Shown: positions 26,714 to 35,835 of the stretch, in pieces
Layout: each line of letters begins with the position of its first letter
Numbering within the stretch: position 1 is the stretch's first letter
From: an uncultured Dehalococcoidia bacterium
GTDB taxonomy: Bacteria; Chloroflexota; Dehalococcoidia; Lucifugimonadales; UBA1123
Reading direction: 5' to 3'
Assembly (NCBI GenBank): GCA_958296105.1
Contig: OY282441.1
Coordinates: forward strand, 1,813,800-1,877,799
DNA length: 64,000 bases
Program-made: the position numbers and the translations under genes
The notes under the pieces: generated by a model
Database searches by the model: none
Told to the model about the DNA's origin: nothing
The model's input: the letters and a program-made list of their open reading frames with translations, nothing else

Positions 26714-27197
26714 TACTCCAAAAGCCATATACTGGGATTCGTGCAATTTCTTGTCGTATGTGAACGAGATGCCGGAGCGCGTCCCCGTTCTCGAAGCCTT
26801 GCTCGAAACGAGCGCTCGGGGCGAGATCGAGTTGTACACGTCCACTATTTCGCAAGTCGAAGTGGCGTTCGGCGCTTCTGAGCAACAACAGCGGGTGCTG
26901 GATCCAGATGTGGAGCACTCAATAGATTCCCTATGGGCGGATCCGAAAACCGTGACCGTCGTCGAGTTCCACCCTCACATCGTTCAGGCTGCAAGAGGCA
27001 TGATGCGCTACGCCATCGCGCAAGGGTGGAGTCTCAAGCCGATGGACGCCATCCATCTTGCAACCGCCCAGTGGCTGCGGAGCGTGGGAGTTGGCGTAGA
27101 AGAGTTCCACACATACGACGGAAGGCTGCATAGGTACGGCGACATAGTTGGCTGCCAGATCCGCGAACCGTATACTCGACAGCCCCCACTGCTTTAG
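26706..27197 (+). CDS. PIN-domain (VapC-like) ribonuclease
   Basis: Acidic residues in the expected PIN spacing: YWDSCNF, SQVEVAF, KPMDAIHLATA, HTYDG. Confidence 0.75.
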   Translation: MPDTPKAIYWDSCNFLSYVNEMPERVPVLEALLETSARGEIELYTSTISQVEVAFGASEQQQRVLDPDVEHSIDSLWADPKTVTVVEFHPHIVQAARGMMRYAIAQGWSLKPMDAIHLATAQWLRSVGVGVEEFHTYDGRLHRYGDIVGCQIREPYTRQPPLL

Positions 27198-27218
27198 GCC
27201 CCGCGCGCGCTTGCCCCT

Positions 27219-28706
27219 TCACTTCCCCGCATCCGCCGAATGGCGCGTCGCGAAATCCTCCTCTGGGGAATAGACCAAGTTCTTTCGCCCCCTGAGCGCG
27301 AAGTAGAGCAGGGCGACCGCGAACCAGAGCGCGCAGCCGTAGATGCCGACTCGATAGTCCGGGTTGAGGAACATGAACGCCAGCGTGACGGCGGAGATGA
27401 CGGCGGCGAACGTCGCGCCGACGATCCCCAGCGGGCTGACGTATGGACGCTCGATGTTCGGCAGGCGAAGCCGAAGGCGGATGAACGCGATCATCTGCAT
27501 TATGTACGCTATCACCGCTCCGAACACCGCCATGTTCAGAAGCACCGCGCCTACGGGCGCGTCCGCCCCGAACCAGTCGTCGCCGAACTCGATCAGCAGC
27601 GCCACGCAGTATCCAATCACCGCGCCCGCTATCAGCGCGACCCACGGCGTCTTTCGACTGGGCAGCGTCACCGAAAGCCACTGCGGAAAGTAGCCCGAAC
27701 GCGACAGCGAGTAGATGTTCCGCCCGTAGGCGTAGATGATGGCGTGGAAGCTGGCGACCAAGCCCGCGACCGCGACCAATACCAGCGCCGACACCGCGAT
27801 TCCGCTTCCGAAGATGGTGGTGAACGCCAAGAACAGCGGCTCGTCGGACTTGCCGACCTCATCCGATCCGGGCGCGATTCCGGCGTTGAGGAACAGCGTC
27901 AGCGCCGACGCGACTATCAGCGTGGCGATACCCCACAGCAGCGCCTTGGGCATATCGCGCTTGGGGTTGCGAGACTCCTCCGCCGCCAGCGGCAGCTGTT
28001 CTATGGCTAGGTAGAACCATATGGCGAACGGCAGCGCCTGCCCCACGCCTATCCATCCGAAGGGCAGAAAGCGCGAGTTGCCCTCGCTCGGCTCGATGTT
28101 CAGCGCCGTCTCCCAGCTGAAGTGCGGAATCGCGCCTATCCAGAACACGGCTAGAATAGCCAGCGCCAAGATGGTTATGAACACGGAGAACTTGAAAGTC
28201 GCCTCCACGCCGAGAATGTTCAGCCCCACGAAGACGGCGTAGAACATCGCCCACCAGACCGGCGCGGGAACCGCGATGTCCAGAACGCTGTTCAGCGCCG
28301 CGCCCATGTAGCCGCCGATGCCCACCACGATAACCGCCGGCGTGAGTATGTACTCGATGTTTTCGGACAGCCCCGTTATGAACCCGCCCCACGGCCCCAT
28401 GGACGCGCGCCCGAACGAGTACGCGCCGCCGGTGTGCGGCAGCGCGGGCGACATTTCGGCGATGGAGTAGCAGATGCCGATGTACATGGCGGCGACGATG
28501 AGAGTCGCTATCGCCATGCCGCCGAACCCGCCGCTCCCCAGCCCGAAGTTCCATCCGAAGAAGTCGCCCGATATGACCGCGCCCACGCCCAGCGCCCACA
28601 GAGACCACACCCCAGCGTATCGCCGCAGCCCGCGCCGTTGGAAGTAGTCGTCGCCGGCGACGTGGTACTCCACCGAGCCTTCCACGCGCCTTTTGGGATC
28701 GTTCAT
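27219..28706 (-). CDS. APC-family amino-acid / ethanolamine-type permease
   Basis: ORF 27219..28802. VWSLWALGVGAVISGDFFGWNFGL...IAEMSPALPHTGGAYSFGR resembles ethanolamine permeases. ATG 28706 is the likely start. Confidence 0.8.
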   Translation of the reverse strand: MNDPKRRVEGSVEYHVAGDDYFQRRGLRRYAGVWSLWALGVGAVISGDFFGWNFGLGSGGFGGMAIATLIVAAMYIGICYSIAEMSPALPHTGGAYSFGRASMGPWGGFITGLSENIEYILTPAVIVVGIGGYMGAALNSVLDIAVPAPVWWAMFYAVFVGLNILGVEATFKFSVFITILALAILAVFWIGAIPHFSWETALNIEPSEGNSRFLPFGWIGVGQALPFAIWFYLAIEQLPLAAEESRNPKRDMPKALLWGIATLIVASALTLFLNAGIAPGSDEVGKSDEPLFLAFTTIFGSGIAVSALVLVAVAGLVASFHAIIYAYGRNIYSLSRSGYFPQWLSVTLPSRKTPWVALIAGAVIGYCVALLIEFGDDWFGADAPVGAVLLNMAVFGAVIAYIMQMIAFIRLRLRLPNIERPYVSPLGIVGATFAAVISAVTLAFMFLNPDYRVGIYGCALWFAVALLYFALRGRKNLVYSPEEDFATRHSADAGK

Positions 28707-28788
28707 CTCACCCGATTTCCGCATCCGTTCGCTGCCATGCCGATTGTACCGCTTCGACAGAAATATTGCCCGCCGCCGGTTGTGGCAG

Positions 28789-29042
28789 ATCCCCTCTCCC
28801 ATAACATAAAGGGAGAGGGTTAGGGAGAACCGCCCCTCGCTGTGAGAGAGCCGCGTATCCCCTCTCTCTTGATGGGAGAGAGTTAGGTAGAGGGAGAACC
28901 GCCGCCCTTCGTTGAGAGAATGCTATGGATCCCCTCTCCCTGATGGGAGAGGGTTAGGGCTAGGGAGAACCGCCCTTCGCTGAGAGATCGCTTCGTATCC
29001 CCACTCCCTCGATGGGAGAGGGTTAGTGAGAGGGAGAACCCC
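28789..29042 (+). repeat. Four tandem ~68-72-bp units, each a REP-like hairpin (ATCCCCTCTCCC..GGGAGAGGG) plus TTAGG..AGGGAGAACCGCCC tail
   Basis: Units begin at 28789, 28857, 28929 and 28997. Intergenic, between the permease start and the MBL hydrolase stop. Confidence 0.85.
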
Positions 29043-29882
29043 CTAGACCGCCTGCCAGTACCTTCTTCCCTCGATGCGAACGAACCTGCCTATGTGCCGC
29101 TCCGGGTGGAAGTGGCCCGCTGCCACGATCATGTTCTCGCGCTCGGCGCGTTCCATGAACGCCCTGCGCGAGCGGCGCGTGTCCTCCGGGCTGGTGTCCA
29201 CGAACGCGCACCAGTCAGGCTCGTGTATCTGCACCGGGTTGTGGATCAGGTCTCCGATTATCGCCGCCCGCTCGCCGTCGGAGCTTATGAGGATCACCTG
29301 ATGGCCCGGCGTGTGTCCCGGCGTCTCCAGAGTCGTTATCTCGTCCGTCACGCTGTGGCCGTCCTCGATGAACTCGATCAGCCCCAGCTCGTCGAGCGGG
29401 ATGACGTTCTGCGAGATGTGCGGCGCGGTGGGCAGCACGTCGGGCTGCATGAAGTGTTCCCAGTCCTTGAGCGGGCCGAGATAGCGCGCGTTCGGGAAGA
29501 ACGGCTTGGGGGCGTCCGCCGAGCCGTCCACGTTCCAGCCCACGTGGTCCGGGTGCAGATGCGTATGGATCACGATGTCCACGTCGCCCGCTCCAACGCC
29601 CGCCTGTCCGAGCGCGCCCAGCAGGTTGCCAGTCCTGTTTTCCAAGTGCGCATGCGGCCCCGGCCCCATGCCCGTGTCCACCAGCACGGTCTTTCCCTGA
29701 GACCTCACGAAGAAGCTGCCATAGTACAGTTGGAGCAGACCATCTTCGAGAACCTCGTCCTCATACGGCGCCCACGCCTCGCGCGGCTGATCCCTGATGA
29801 ACACGGTCGGATCGCGCGGCGGCGGCACCATGTCCAGAACAGCGACTATCTCGACGTTTCCGACTCGGATCATGTCTGTCAT
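29043..29882 (-). CDS. MBL-fold metallo-hydrolase
   Basis: HTHLHPDHVGW (HxHxDH) and downstream His/Asp ligand motifs (TPGHTPGH, AAGHFH). Confidence 0.85.
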   Translation of the reverse strand: MTDMIRVGNVEIVAVLDMVPPPRDPTVFIRDQPREAWAPYEDEVLEDGLLQLYYGSFFVRSQGKTVLVDTGMGPGPHAHLENRTGNLLGALGQAGVGAGDVDIVIHTHLHPDHVGWNVDGSADAPKPFFPNARYLGPLKDWEHFMQPDVLPTAPHISQNVIPLDELGLIEFIEDGHSVTDEITTLETPGHTPGHQVILISSDGERAAIIGDLIHNPVQIHEPDWCAFVDTSPEDTRRSRRAFMERAERENMIVAAGHFHPERHIGRFVRIEGRRYWQAV

Positions 29883-29965
29883 GTGTACGCCTTCCTGAAT
29901 TCGCTCGCGCAGGTTCGTCTTTCACACTATACTACAATCGAGACTCGAGTAAGGGAGATTCAGGC

Positions 29966-30343
29966 GTGGGAACTTTCAGCGTAAAGCTAGAAGTGGGCGA
30001 CCCCGACGGACGGCGCTATGAAACTGTCGACGCTCTGGTGGATTCGGGCGCGACATATACGTTCATGCCGCCGTCGCTGCTGAGGCGATTGGGCGTCATT
30101 CCCCATACCGAACGGGGGTTCGTGATGGCGGACGGGACGCGCATATATCGAGACTCGGGCCAAACATGGATCAGGCTGGGCGATGAAGAGAATGTCTCGC
30201 CCATCGTATTTGGAGACGAGAACGTTACTCCCCTGCTGGGCGCGGTTACACTCGAAATCTTCGCGCTGGGCATCGACCCTGTGAACGAGCGGCTCATCCC
30301 GCTCGACAATCTTCTCATGGGGACTCAGGCGCCCAGTCGCTGA
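29966..30343 (+). CDS. Retropepsin-like (clan AA) aspartic protease, small single-domain form
   Basis: VDALVDSGATYTFMP (D-S/T-G-A). ~125 aa. C-terminal LGIDPVNERL is shared with the paralogue at 31594. Confidence 0.65.
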   Translation: MGTFSVKLEVGDPDGRRYETVDALVDSGATYTFMPPSLLRRLGVIPHTERGFVMADGTRIYRDSGQTWIRLGDEENVSPIVFGDENVTPLLGAVTLEIFALGIDPVNERLIPLDNLLMGTQAPSR

Positions 30344-30356
30344 TTCCGCTGTTGGT

Positions 30357-31031
30357 CTATCGCTCCCCCAGCTCGAACGTCTTGCGCCATATGCCCGGCG
30401 ACTCCGGCAGGTGGATCATCGCCTCGCGCATCCGCGCGTTGTCCGGGTGCGCCGTCTGCTGCCTCAGCCACTGCTGGCCGCTCGACACGTCCGGGCTGTC
30501 GAACTCGTACATCGTCAGGTACTTGGGCTTGCCCGTGACGGCGACGTAGCGCCTTCCGCGTCGGACGCCGGACACCGTCTCGTAGTTCGGCACGTACACC
30601 GTGTCGTACCATTCGTTCCACTCGTCCTCCACGTCTGCGGGGATGTCCATGCGCCCTATCTGAAGCGCGGGCGACATCGGGCTGGATGCGATCTCGTCCG
30701 TCAGGTCGGACGGGTGGATCATCCGGTAGACGTTCCGAATGTACGTGGTGGCAGTGAACTCTGGCGACATGCGCTTGGACCACTCGGTGGGATTCTGTCG
30801 ATAGCGCAGGTACACCTCCGACTCCATGACAGCTGGGCTCTCGATCTCATAGACTGCAAGGTGCTTCGGCCCGCTGCTCACGGCCTCGTACCTCGCCGCG
30901 CTCAGAAAGCCGGGGACTTCGAGCCGTTCGGCGATATGCTCCTCGTTGTACCAGCGGTTGAACTCTTCCTCGATCTCGTCCGGCACCTCGCACCAGACCA
31001 TCATCAGCCCCGTTCCCTTCCTGTTCGCCAT
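30357..31031 (-). CDS. Hypothetical protein with two tandem ~100-aa repeats (possibly a ferredoxin-like/EthD-type fold)
   Basis: Repeat 1: EEEFNRWYNEEHIAERLEVPGFLSAARYEAV...LAVYEIESP. Repeat 2: EDEWNEWYDTVYVPNYETVSGVRRGRRYVAV...LTMYEFDSP. Confidence 0.5.
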   Translation of the reverse strand: MANRKGTGLMMVWCEVPDEIEEEFNRWYNEEHIAERLEVPGFLSAARYEAVSSGPKHLAVYEIESPAVMESEVYLRYRQNPTEWSKRMSPEFTATTYIRNVYRMIHPSDLTDEIASSPMSPALQIGRMDIPADVEDEWNEWYDTVYVPNYETVSGVRRGRRYVAVTGKPKYLTMYEFDSPDVSSGQQWLRQQTAHPDNARMREAMIHLPESPGIWRKTFELGER

Positions 31032-31146
31032 GTGAACCCTCCTCAGTGTGGAGTTTACAGCCGTTGGCTGTCAGTTTACAGTTGTGAGACGGAGTTGTCA
31101 GTCCTGACCAGCCAAACATCCCCAGCAGCAAGGAGCGCGCCAAGCA

Positions 31147-31518
31147 ATGACACAGACAGCGGACGTTACCAAGACGATTCTCGACCTCGAAGACCGGCGG
31201 CTTGCGGCGATGGTGGCGGCGGACGTGGAGACGCTGGACGGCATACTGGCGGACGACCTCAGCTACGTCCACACGACCGCCGCGATAGACACCAAGGAGA
31301 GCCTCACCAGCGGGCTTGCCTCGGGCAGACTGGACTACGAATCCATCACGCCGTCGGGCAGGGCTGTCAGGACGCATGGCGACTGCGCGCTCGTCAGGGG
31401 GCAGGCGCACGTCCACGTCAACGGAAACCACTTCACGCTGGAGTTCAGCGTGGTGTACGTCAAGCCCGGCGACGACTGGCAGATGACAGCATGGCACGCC
31501 ACGCGGCTGCCGGAATAG
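31147..31518 (+). CDS. NTF2/SnoaL-like (DUF4440-type) protein
   Basis: 123 aa. ILDLEDRRLAAMVAADVETLDGILADDLSYVH...WQMTAWHAT is the typical pattern. Confidence 0.6.
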   Translation: MTQTADVTKTILDLEDRRLAAMVAADVETLDGILADDLSYVHTTAAIDTKESLTSGLASGRLDYESITPSGRAVRTHGDCALVRGQAHVHVNGNHFTLEFSVVYVKPGDDWQMTAWHATRLPE

Positions 31519-31593
31519 GAATTCGGCGAGGCATCATTGCGGGCGAATGCCGCTCGCGCTCGCCCCTGAGACGCGACCACAGGAGGACGTGAC

Positions 31594-31950
31594 ATGGGAT
31601 TCGTCTACGCAGATCTCGACATAGCCAGCCCGACCACACCCGACACGACCGAAAGCGTTCGCGCACTGGTGGACACCGGCGCCATACTCAGCGTCTTCCC
31701 CTCGAGTCTGCTGGATAGGCTGGGAGTGGATAGGCTCGGCAGAAGACGATTCTACGGATTCGGCGGCGTGGTCGTGCGTCAGATCGGAATGGCTTACATT
31801 CGCTACGAAGACTCCGTTGCCGGTGTGACAGTAATCTTCGGCGCGGAAGACGACCCTCCCACCATGGGCGTGACCGCGCTCGAAACACTGGGCTACGAGG
31901 TGGACCCGGTCAACAGCAGGCTGAACCGCGTGGACATGCTGATGCTATGA
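31594..31950 (+). CDS. Retropepsin-like (clan AA) aspartic protease, paralogue 2
   Basis: VRALVDTGAILSVFP. C-terminal LGYEVDPVNSRL. ATGA overlap with the downstream PPOX-family gene. Confidence 0.65.
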   Translation: MGFVYADLDIASPTTPDTTESVRALVDTGAILSVFPSSLLDRLGVDRLGRRRFYGFGGVVVRQIGMAYIRYEDSVAGVTVIFGAEDDPPTMGVTALETLGYEVDPVNSRLNRVDMLML

Positions 31951-32411
31951 GTCGGGACAGGCCCAAGATGCCGGAGAGCTGCGGAGTCGGCGATCCACAG
32001 TACGGGTTCGAGCCGATCGCGTGGTCGTGGGTCTCTAGGCAGATGTCCGAGGCGCGCAGCTACTGGGTGGCGACGACGCGAGCGGACGGAAGCCCTCACT
32101 CAGCGCCCGTGTGGGGCGTGTGGGTGGATGAGCGCTTCCACTTCTTCACAGATTCGGACTCGCTGAAGGCGAAGAACTTGGCGCGAGACCCGCGCGCAGT
32201 CGTCCATCTGGAGAGCGGGGATGAGGTGGTCATTCTGGAAGGGACGATAGAGCCGCTCGACCCAGCTGACGAGGTGGTTCGAGCATACGAAGCCAAGTAC
32301 GGCATCTCGCTCGGAGACTCCCCCGCCCCCGCGTTTCGGCTCGATCTTGGCAAGGCGCTCGCTTGGCTGGAGTCGGATTTTCCGCGCACTGCCACGCGCT
32401 GGCAGCTCTGA
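31947..32411 (+). CDS. Pyridoxamine 5'-phosphate oxidase-family (split-barrel flavin/deazaflavin-binding) protein
   Basis: SYWVATTRADGSPHSAPVWGVWVDERFHFFTDSDSLKAKNLARDPRAVVHLE. Confidence 0.7.
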   Translation: MSRDRPKMPESCGVGDPQYGFEPIAWSWVSRQMSEARSYWVATTRADGSPHSAPVWGVWVDERFHFFTDSDSLKAKNLARDPRAVVHLESGDEVVILEGTIEPLDPADEVVRAYEAKYGISLGDSPAPAFRLDLGKALAWLESDFPRTATRWQL

Positions 32412-32515
32412 CAGTCGCCCGCCTGAGCCGTCCCCGTCTCCGCCCATTCGTCGCCAATCCGTCGCAGGCATCGCAGACACAGACTGAATACCGCATACCG
32501 CACCCAATCAATCCG

Positions 32516-32544
32516 TTGACAAGCCACAGAACCGATGTTACGCT
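32516..32544 (+). promoter_or_regulatory. Sigma70-like promoter TTGACA-N17-TACGCT upstream of the DUF362 gene
   Basis: TTGACA at 32516-32521 and TACGCT at 32539-32544, about 80 nt upstream of ATG 32625 (RBS GGGAGG). Confidence 0.4.
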
Positions 32545-32624
32545 CACCAAAATACCAGTACGCTCAGCACGTGCGCGTATAGGGATGTGGTTACAGTTAG
32601 AAAAACAACGCGAGGGAGGCAAAC

Positions 32625-34052
32625 ATGGGCAAATCCGAAGTCTATTGGATGGACGCGCACTCGGAGTCCACAGAGACCAGCTTGGTAGCCAAGATGACGA
32701 CTGTCTTCGACGCCGCTGGGCTGGACAAGATGATCAAGCCCAACGACGTCGTCGCCATCAAAATTCACTGCGGCGAGTGGAACAACACCGCATATCTGCG
32801 CCCCGTCTATCCGCGAGCGCTCGCCGACCGTATCAAGGAGCTGGGCGGCAGGCCGTTCGTCTGCGACACGACCACCTCGACCTACGCACCCTACGGCTCG
32901 CGCTCCAGTCAGCTCGACATACTGCTGACCGCAGAGCGCAACGGCTTCACCTCCGCCACGCTCGGCTGCCCCTTCGTCTGCGCGGATGGCTGGCTCGGCA
33001 CAGCCGACTTCAGGGTCGATATCCCCGAAGGCTATCTGCTGAAAGAAGCATACGTGGCAGAGGCCATAGCAGCCGCAGACGTGCTGATCGCGCTCACCCA
33101 CTTCAAGGGTCACGGCATGGGCGTCATAGGCGGCGCTCTGAAGAACCTCGGCATCGGCGCGCAGTCCAAGCGCGGCAAGCTCAACGTCCACATGGGCGGC
33201 CACCCGAACTACGGGCTTGGCGGCGCGGCGGTCTTCCATCCCGAAGCGTTCAAGGGCAAGGCGAACACGCCCGACTGGGAGCTTCTCGAAGACTGCTGCC
33301 CATACAACCTGTGGCACATCAACGAGAAAGACGAGATAGAGTGGGAGCGCGAGAAGTGCGCCACCTGCTTGGGCTGCTTCGGTGTCATGGGCAGCCGCGG
33401 AATCTTGGAGATACCGCCGGTCAACTTCGACGCCGTCGACATAGCCATAGCCGACGCCTGCCTGGGCGTCGAGAAGGTGCTGAACGGCAAGGTCGGCTAC
33501 ATCAACCTGGCCATAGACGTGTCGCCGCGCTGCGACTGCGCCAACCACGCCGACATTCCCATCGTGCCGCACCTGGGAATCTTCGCCTCCACAGACGCCG
33601 TGGCCATAGACATGGCTTGTGTGGACGCCGCCAAGCGATCCGCCGGAATGCCCGGCTCCGCAGCCGAGCTTATGGAGGCGCACCACCCCGGCGACCGCAA
33701 GTTCGAGGCCGCCGCCGCCACCTTCCACTCGCAGAGCGAAGTCGCCAGCATCAACACCGGCCACGAGATCGGACTCGGCAGCCGCGACTACGAGCTGATA
33801 GACGTCGAACCGCAGGCGGAAGAGCGCCACAGGTTCCCATACGACCGCAGGCCCAGCCGCCAGCGCTACATGGAAAAGTTCGAGCGCTTCATGCCGTTCC
33901 CCTACGACAGGCACGACGGCAAGGGCTTCGCGCGCAACGACGAGGTCGACATCGAGGCCATCAAGCACCACTACGAGGATGCCCCCACCAACGGACACCA
34001 CGTCCTCGAAGAGATCGCGGACCTGGTCCCCGCGGACGATGACGACGACTAG
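32625..34052 (+). CDS. DUF362-domain protein with C-terminal extension
   Basis: IKIHCGEWNNTAYLRP...FVCDTTT...LTHFKGHGMGVIGGALKNLGIG is typical of DUF362. Cys-rich central segment. Acidic DDDDD tail. Confidence 0.7.
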   Translation: MGKSEVYWMDAHSESTETSLVAKMTTVFDAAGLDKMIKPNDVVAIKIHCGEWNNTAYLRPVYPRALADRIKELGGRPFVCDTTTSTYAPYGSRSSQLDILLTAERNGFTSATLGCPFVCADGWLGTADFRVDIPEGYLLKEAYVAEAIAAADVLIALTHFKGHGMGVIGGALKNLGIGAQSKRGKLNVHMGGHPNYGLGGAAVFHPEAFKGKANTPDWELLEDCCPYNLWHINEKDEIEWEREKCATCLGCFGVMGSRGILEIPPVNFDAVDIAIADACLGVEKVLNGKVGYINLAIDVSPRCDCANHADIPIVPHLGIFASTDAVAIDMACVDAAKRSAGMPGSAAELMEAHHPGDRKFEAAAATFHSQSEVASINTGHEIGLGSRDYELIDVEPQAEERHRFPYDRRPSRQRYMEKFERFMPFPYDRHDGKGFARNDEVDIEAIKHHYEDAPTNGHHVLEEIADLVPADDDDD

Positions 34053-34195
34053 ACGCAAGTCGAATCCGTAGAACCCGGGGGACGCGCTCATGAGGGCGCG
34101 TCCCCTCTTGTCTGCGCGAGCCTGCGCCGCGCTTGACGCAATCGCCAATCAACGCCAAAATATGCCCAGCAAACAGCTTGGAGGGAGTGTCGGAA

Positions 34196-34519
34196 ATGCC
34201 ACAATCAGGACAGCAGATGCTGGAACAGAGCATAGCCACTTGCCAGCAGATAGCGGACGGACTCGGCGCGCAGAACGGCGATTGGGAGACCTCCGTAGTC
34301 GAGATCGCCGACAAGTTCGATGAGATCAGCGGCACGTTCTTCTTCCAGACCATGCCCGCGGTGCCGCCGACTCGCACCGCCATGCGAGACGCCGACGCGC
34401 TTCTGGGACTCAAGAACAGCGGCGATTGGGACTCGTTCGCCCCCGCGCTGACCAAGCTCATCGCAAGCGCGCAGGACGTGATCGAGAAGGCGGGCATGAA
34501 GGGGACTACCCTGACGTGA
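34196..34519 (+). CDS. Hypothetical protein (107 aa)
   Basis: ORF 34133..34519. ATG 34196 is preceded by GGAGGGAG. Helical-looking. No family recognised. Confidence 0.4.
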   Translation: MPQSGQQMLEQSIATCQQIADGLGAQNGDWETSVVEIADKFDEISGTFFFQTMPAVPPTRTAMRDADALLGLKNSGDWDSFAPALTKLIASAQDVIEKAGMKGTTLT

Positions 34520-34549
34520 GCGACCGCCACACCCGGCTTCGATCTGAGC

Positions 34550-35452
34550 TTGTCTGAGGAGCGATCTTCCGTGACCGACCAACCAACGCTGATCACGGGC
34601 GGCGCGGGCAGCGTGGGGCGACAGCTCGTCGAGATGTTCGCCGACGCGGGCCGCCCTGTCCGCATATTCGACCTGCCGATGATGGACTTCTCCGGTCTCG
34701 AAGATCGCCGCGCCATCGAGATCGTCAGGGGAGACATAACCGACGCGGATGGTGTTCGCGCCGCAGTCGAGGGCGTCGGAGCGATTCTGCACCTCGCCGC
34801 GCTGCTCCCCCCCAACAGCGAGCGAGACCGCGACCTGACGTTTCGCGTGAACGTGGACGGGACGAGGAACGTCATCGCCGCTATGGAGCGCGCCAATCCC
34901 CACGCGCGCCTGGTGTTCACCTCGTCCATAAGCACCTATGGCGACACCAGCGCGGACGAACCGCCCGTGCGCGCGAGCCACTCCCAGAGCGCCATAGACA
35001 TCTACGCCGACAGCAAGATCGAGGGCGAGCGGCTCATAGCCGAGTCTTCGCTGGAGAATGCGGTGGTGTTGCGAATCGCGGGGATAGCGGTTCCCGCCTT
35101 CCTTGCGCCGCCGGACCCGTGGCCGTTCATGGAAGGCCAGCGGGTCGAGATGGTGCATCGCGACGACGTGGCGGATGCGCTGTTCGCGGCTGCCTCCGCG
35201 CCCAACGCGGGCGGGAAGGTGTTCAACATCGCCGGAGGCCCCACGTGGCAGCTGTACGGACGCGACTACGCCAAGGACTTCTTCGACGTGATGGGCGCGC
35301 CCATCGAGCTGGCGACCTACCGAGACACCCCGGGCTGGATGGACTGGTACGATACCGATGAGTCCCAGCGCATACTCGCCTACCAGAACCGCAGCTACCA
35401 GCACTACATCGGCGAGATGCGGGCGATAATTCGGGCAATGATGGAGGAGTGA
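34550..35452 (+). CDS. NAD-dependent epimerase/dehydratase (extended SDR)
   Basis: LITGGAGSVGRQLV Rossmann motif. YADSK catalytic YxxxK. Confidence 0.8.
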   Translation: MSEERSSVTDQPTLITGGAGSVGRQLVEMFADAGRPVRIFDLPMMDFSGLEDRRAIEIVRGDITDADGVRAAVEGVGAILHLAALLPPNSERDRDLTFRVNVDGTRNVIAAMERANPHARLVFTSSISTYGDTSADEPPVRASHSQSAIDIYADSKIEGERLIAESSLENAVVLRIAGIAVPAFLAPPDPWPFMEGQRVEMVHRDDVADALFAAASAPNAGGKVFNIAGGPTWQLYGRDYAKDFFDVMGAPIELATYRDTPGWMDWYDTDESQRILAYQNRSYQHYIGEMRAIIRAMMEE

Positions 35453-35835
35453 GCGAGTCAGACATGACGACCCTAATAGAGAGCCACATGGATACGAGCC
35501 GCCTGTTCATTCGCCAAGCGGACGAAGAGTTCGCCAAAGGGGACGTTCTTCAGGCGTCCGAAAAGGCGTGGGGATCGGTAGTACACACCCTGAAAGCGAT
35601 AGCTCGCCAGCGAAACTGGCGGCATGGCGGACACTATCAGCTGGGGGTGATCGCCAACCGTCTGGCTGAAGAGACGAGACAGCCGGAGATACGAAACCTG
35701 TTCTCGGTAGCTGAAAGCCTGCACGCCAATTTCTACAACAACTGGAAGCCGGAAGGCGCGGTGCGTGGAGACATCGAAGACGTCAAGACGCTTCTGAACA
35801 TGCTGTGGGAGATACAGGGGGACGAGCTAGAGTAG
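35449..35835 (+). CDS. PaREP1-like / HEPN-like four-helix protein, copy a
   Basis: EEFAKGDVLQASEKAWGSVVHTLKAIARQRNWRHGGHYQL...AESLHANFY. Paralogous to 37016..37369. Resemblance to the archaeal PaREP1 family is from memory only. Confidence 0.45.
   Translation: MSESDMTTLIESHMDTSRLFIRQADEEFAKGDVLQASEKAWGSVVHTLKAIARQRNWRHGGHYQLGVIANRLAEETRQPEIRNLFSVAESLHANFYNNWKPEGAVRGDIEDVKTLLNMLWEIQGDELE

Noticed and set aside
32363-34148. ORFs of 559 aa (+, other frame) and 534 aa (-) covering the DUF362 gene. Analogous cases: 34205..35404, 36182..37039, 39512..40264, 39900..41249, 40658..41686, 54629..56083, 59316..60161, 59714..61018, 60183..61100.
   Set aside because: These are shadow ORFs of recognised genes (DUF362, epimerase, larE, ThDP enzyme, thiolase/DUF35, GGT) with non-protein-like composition.
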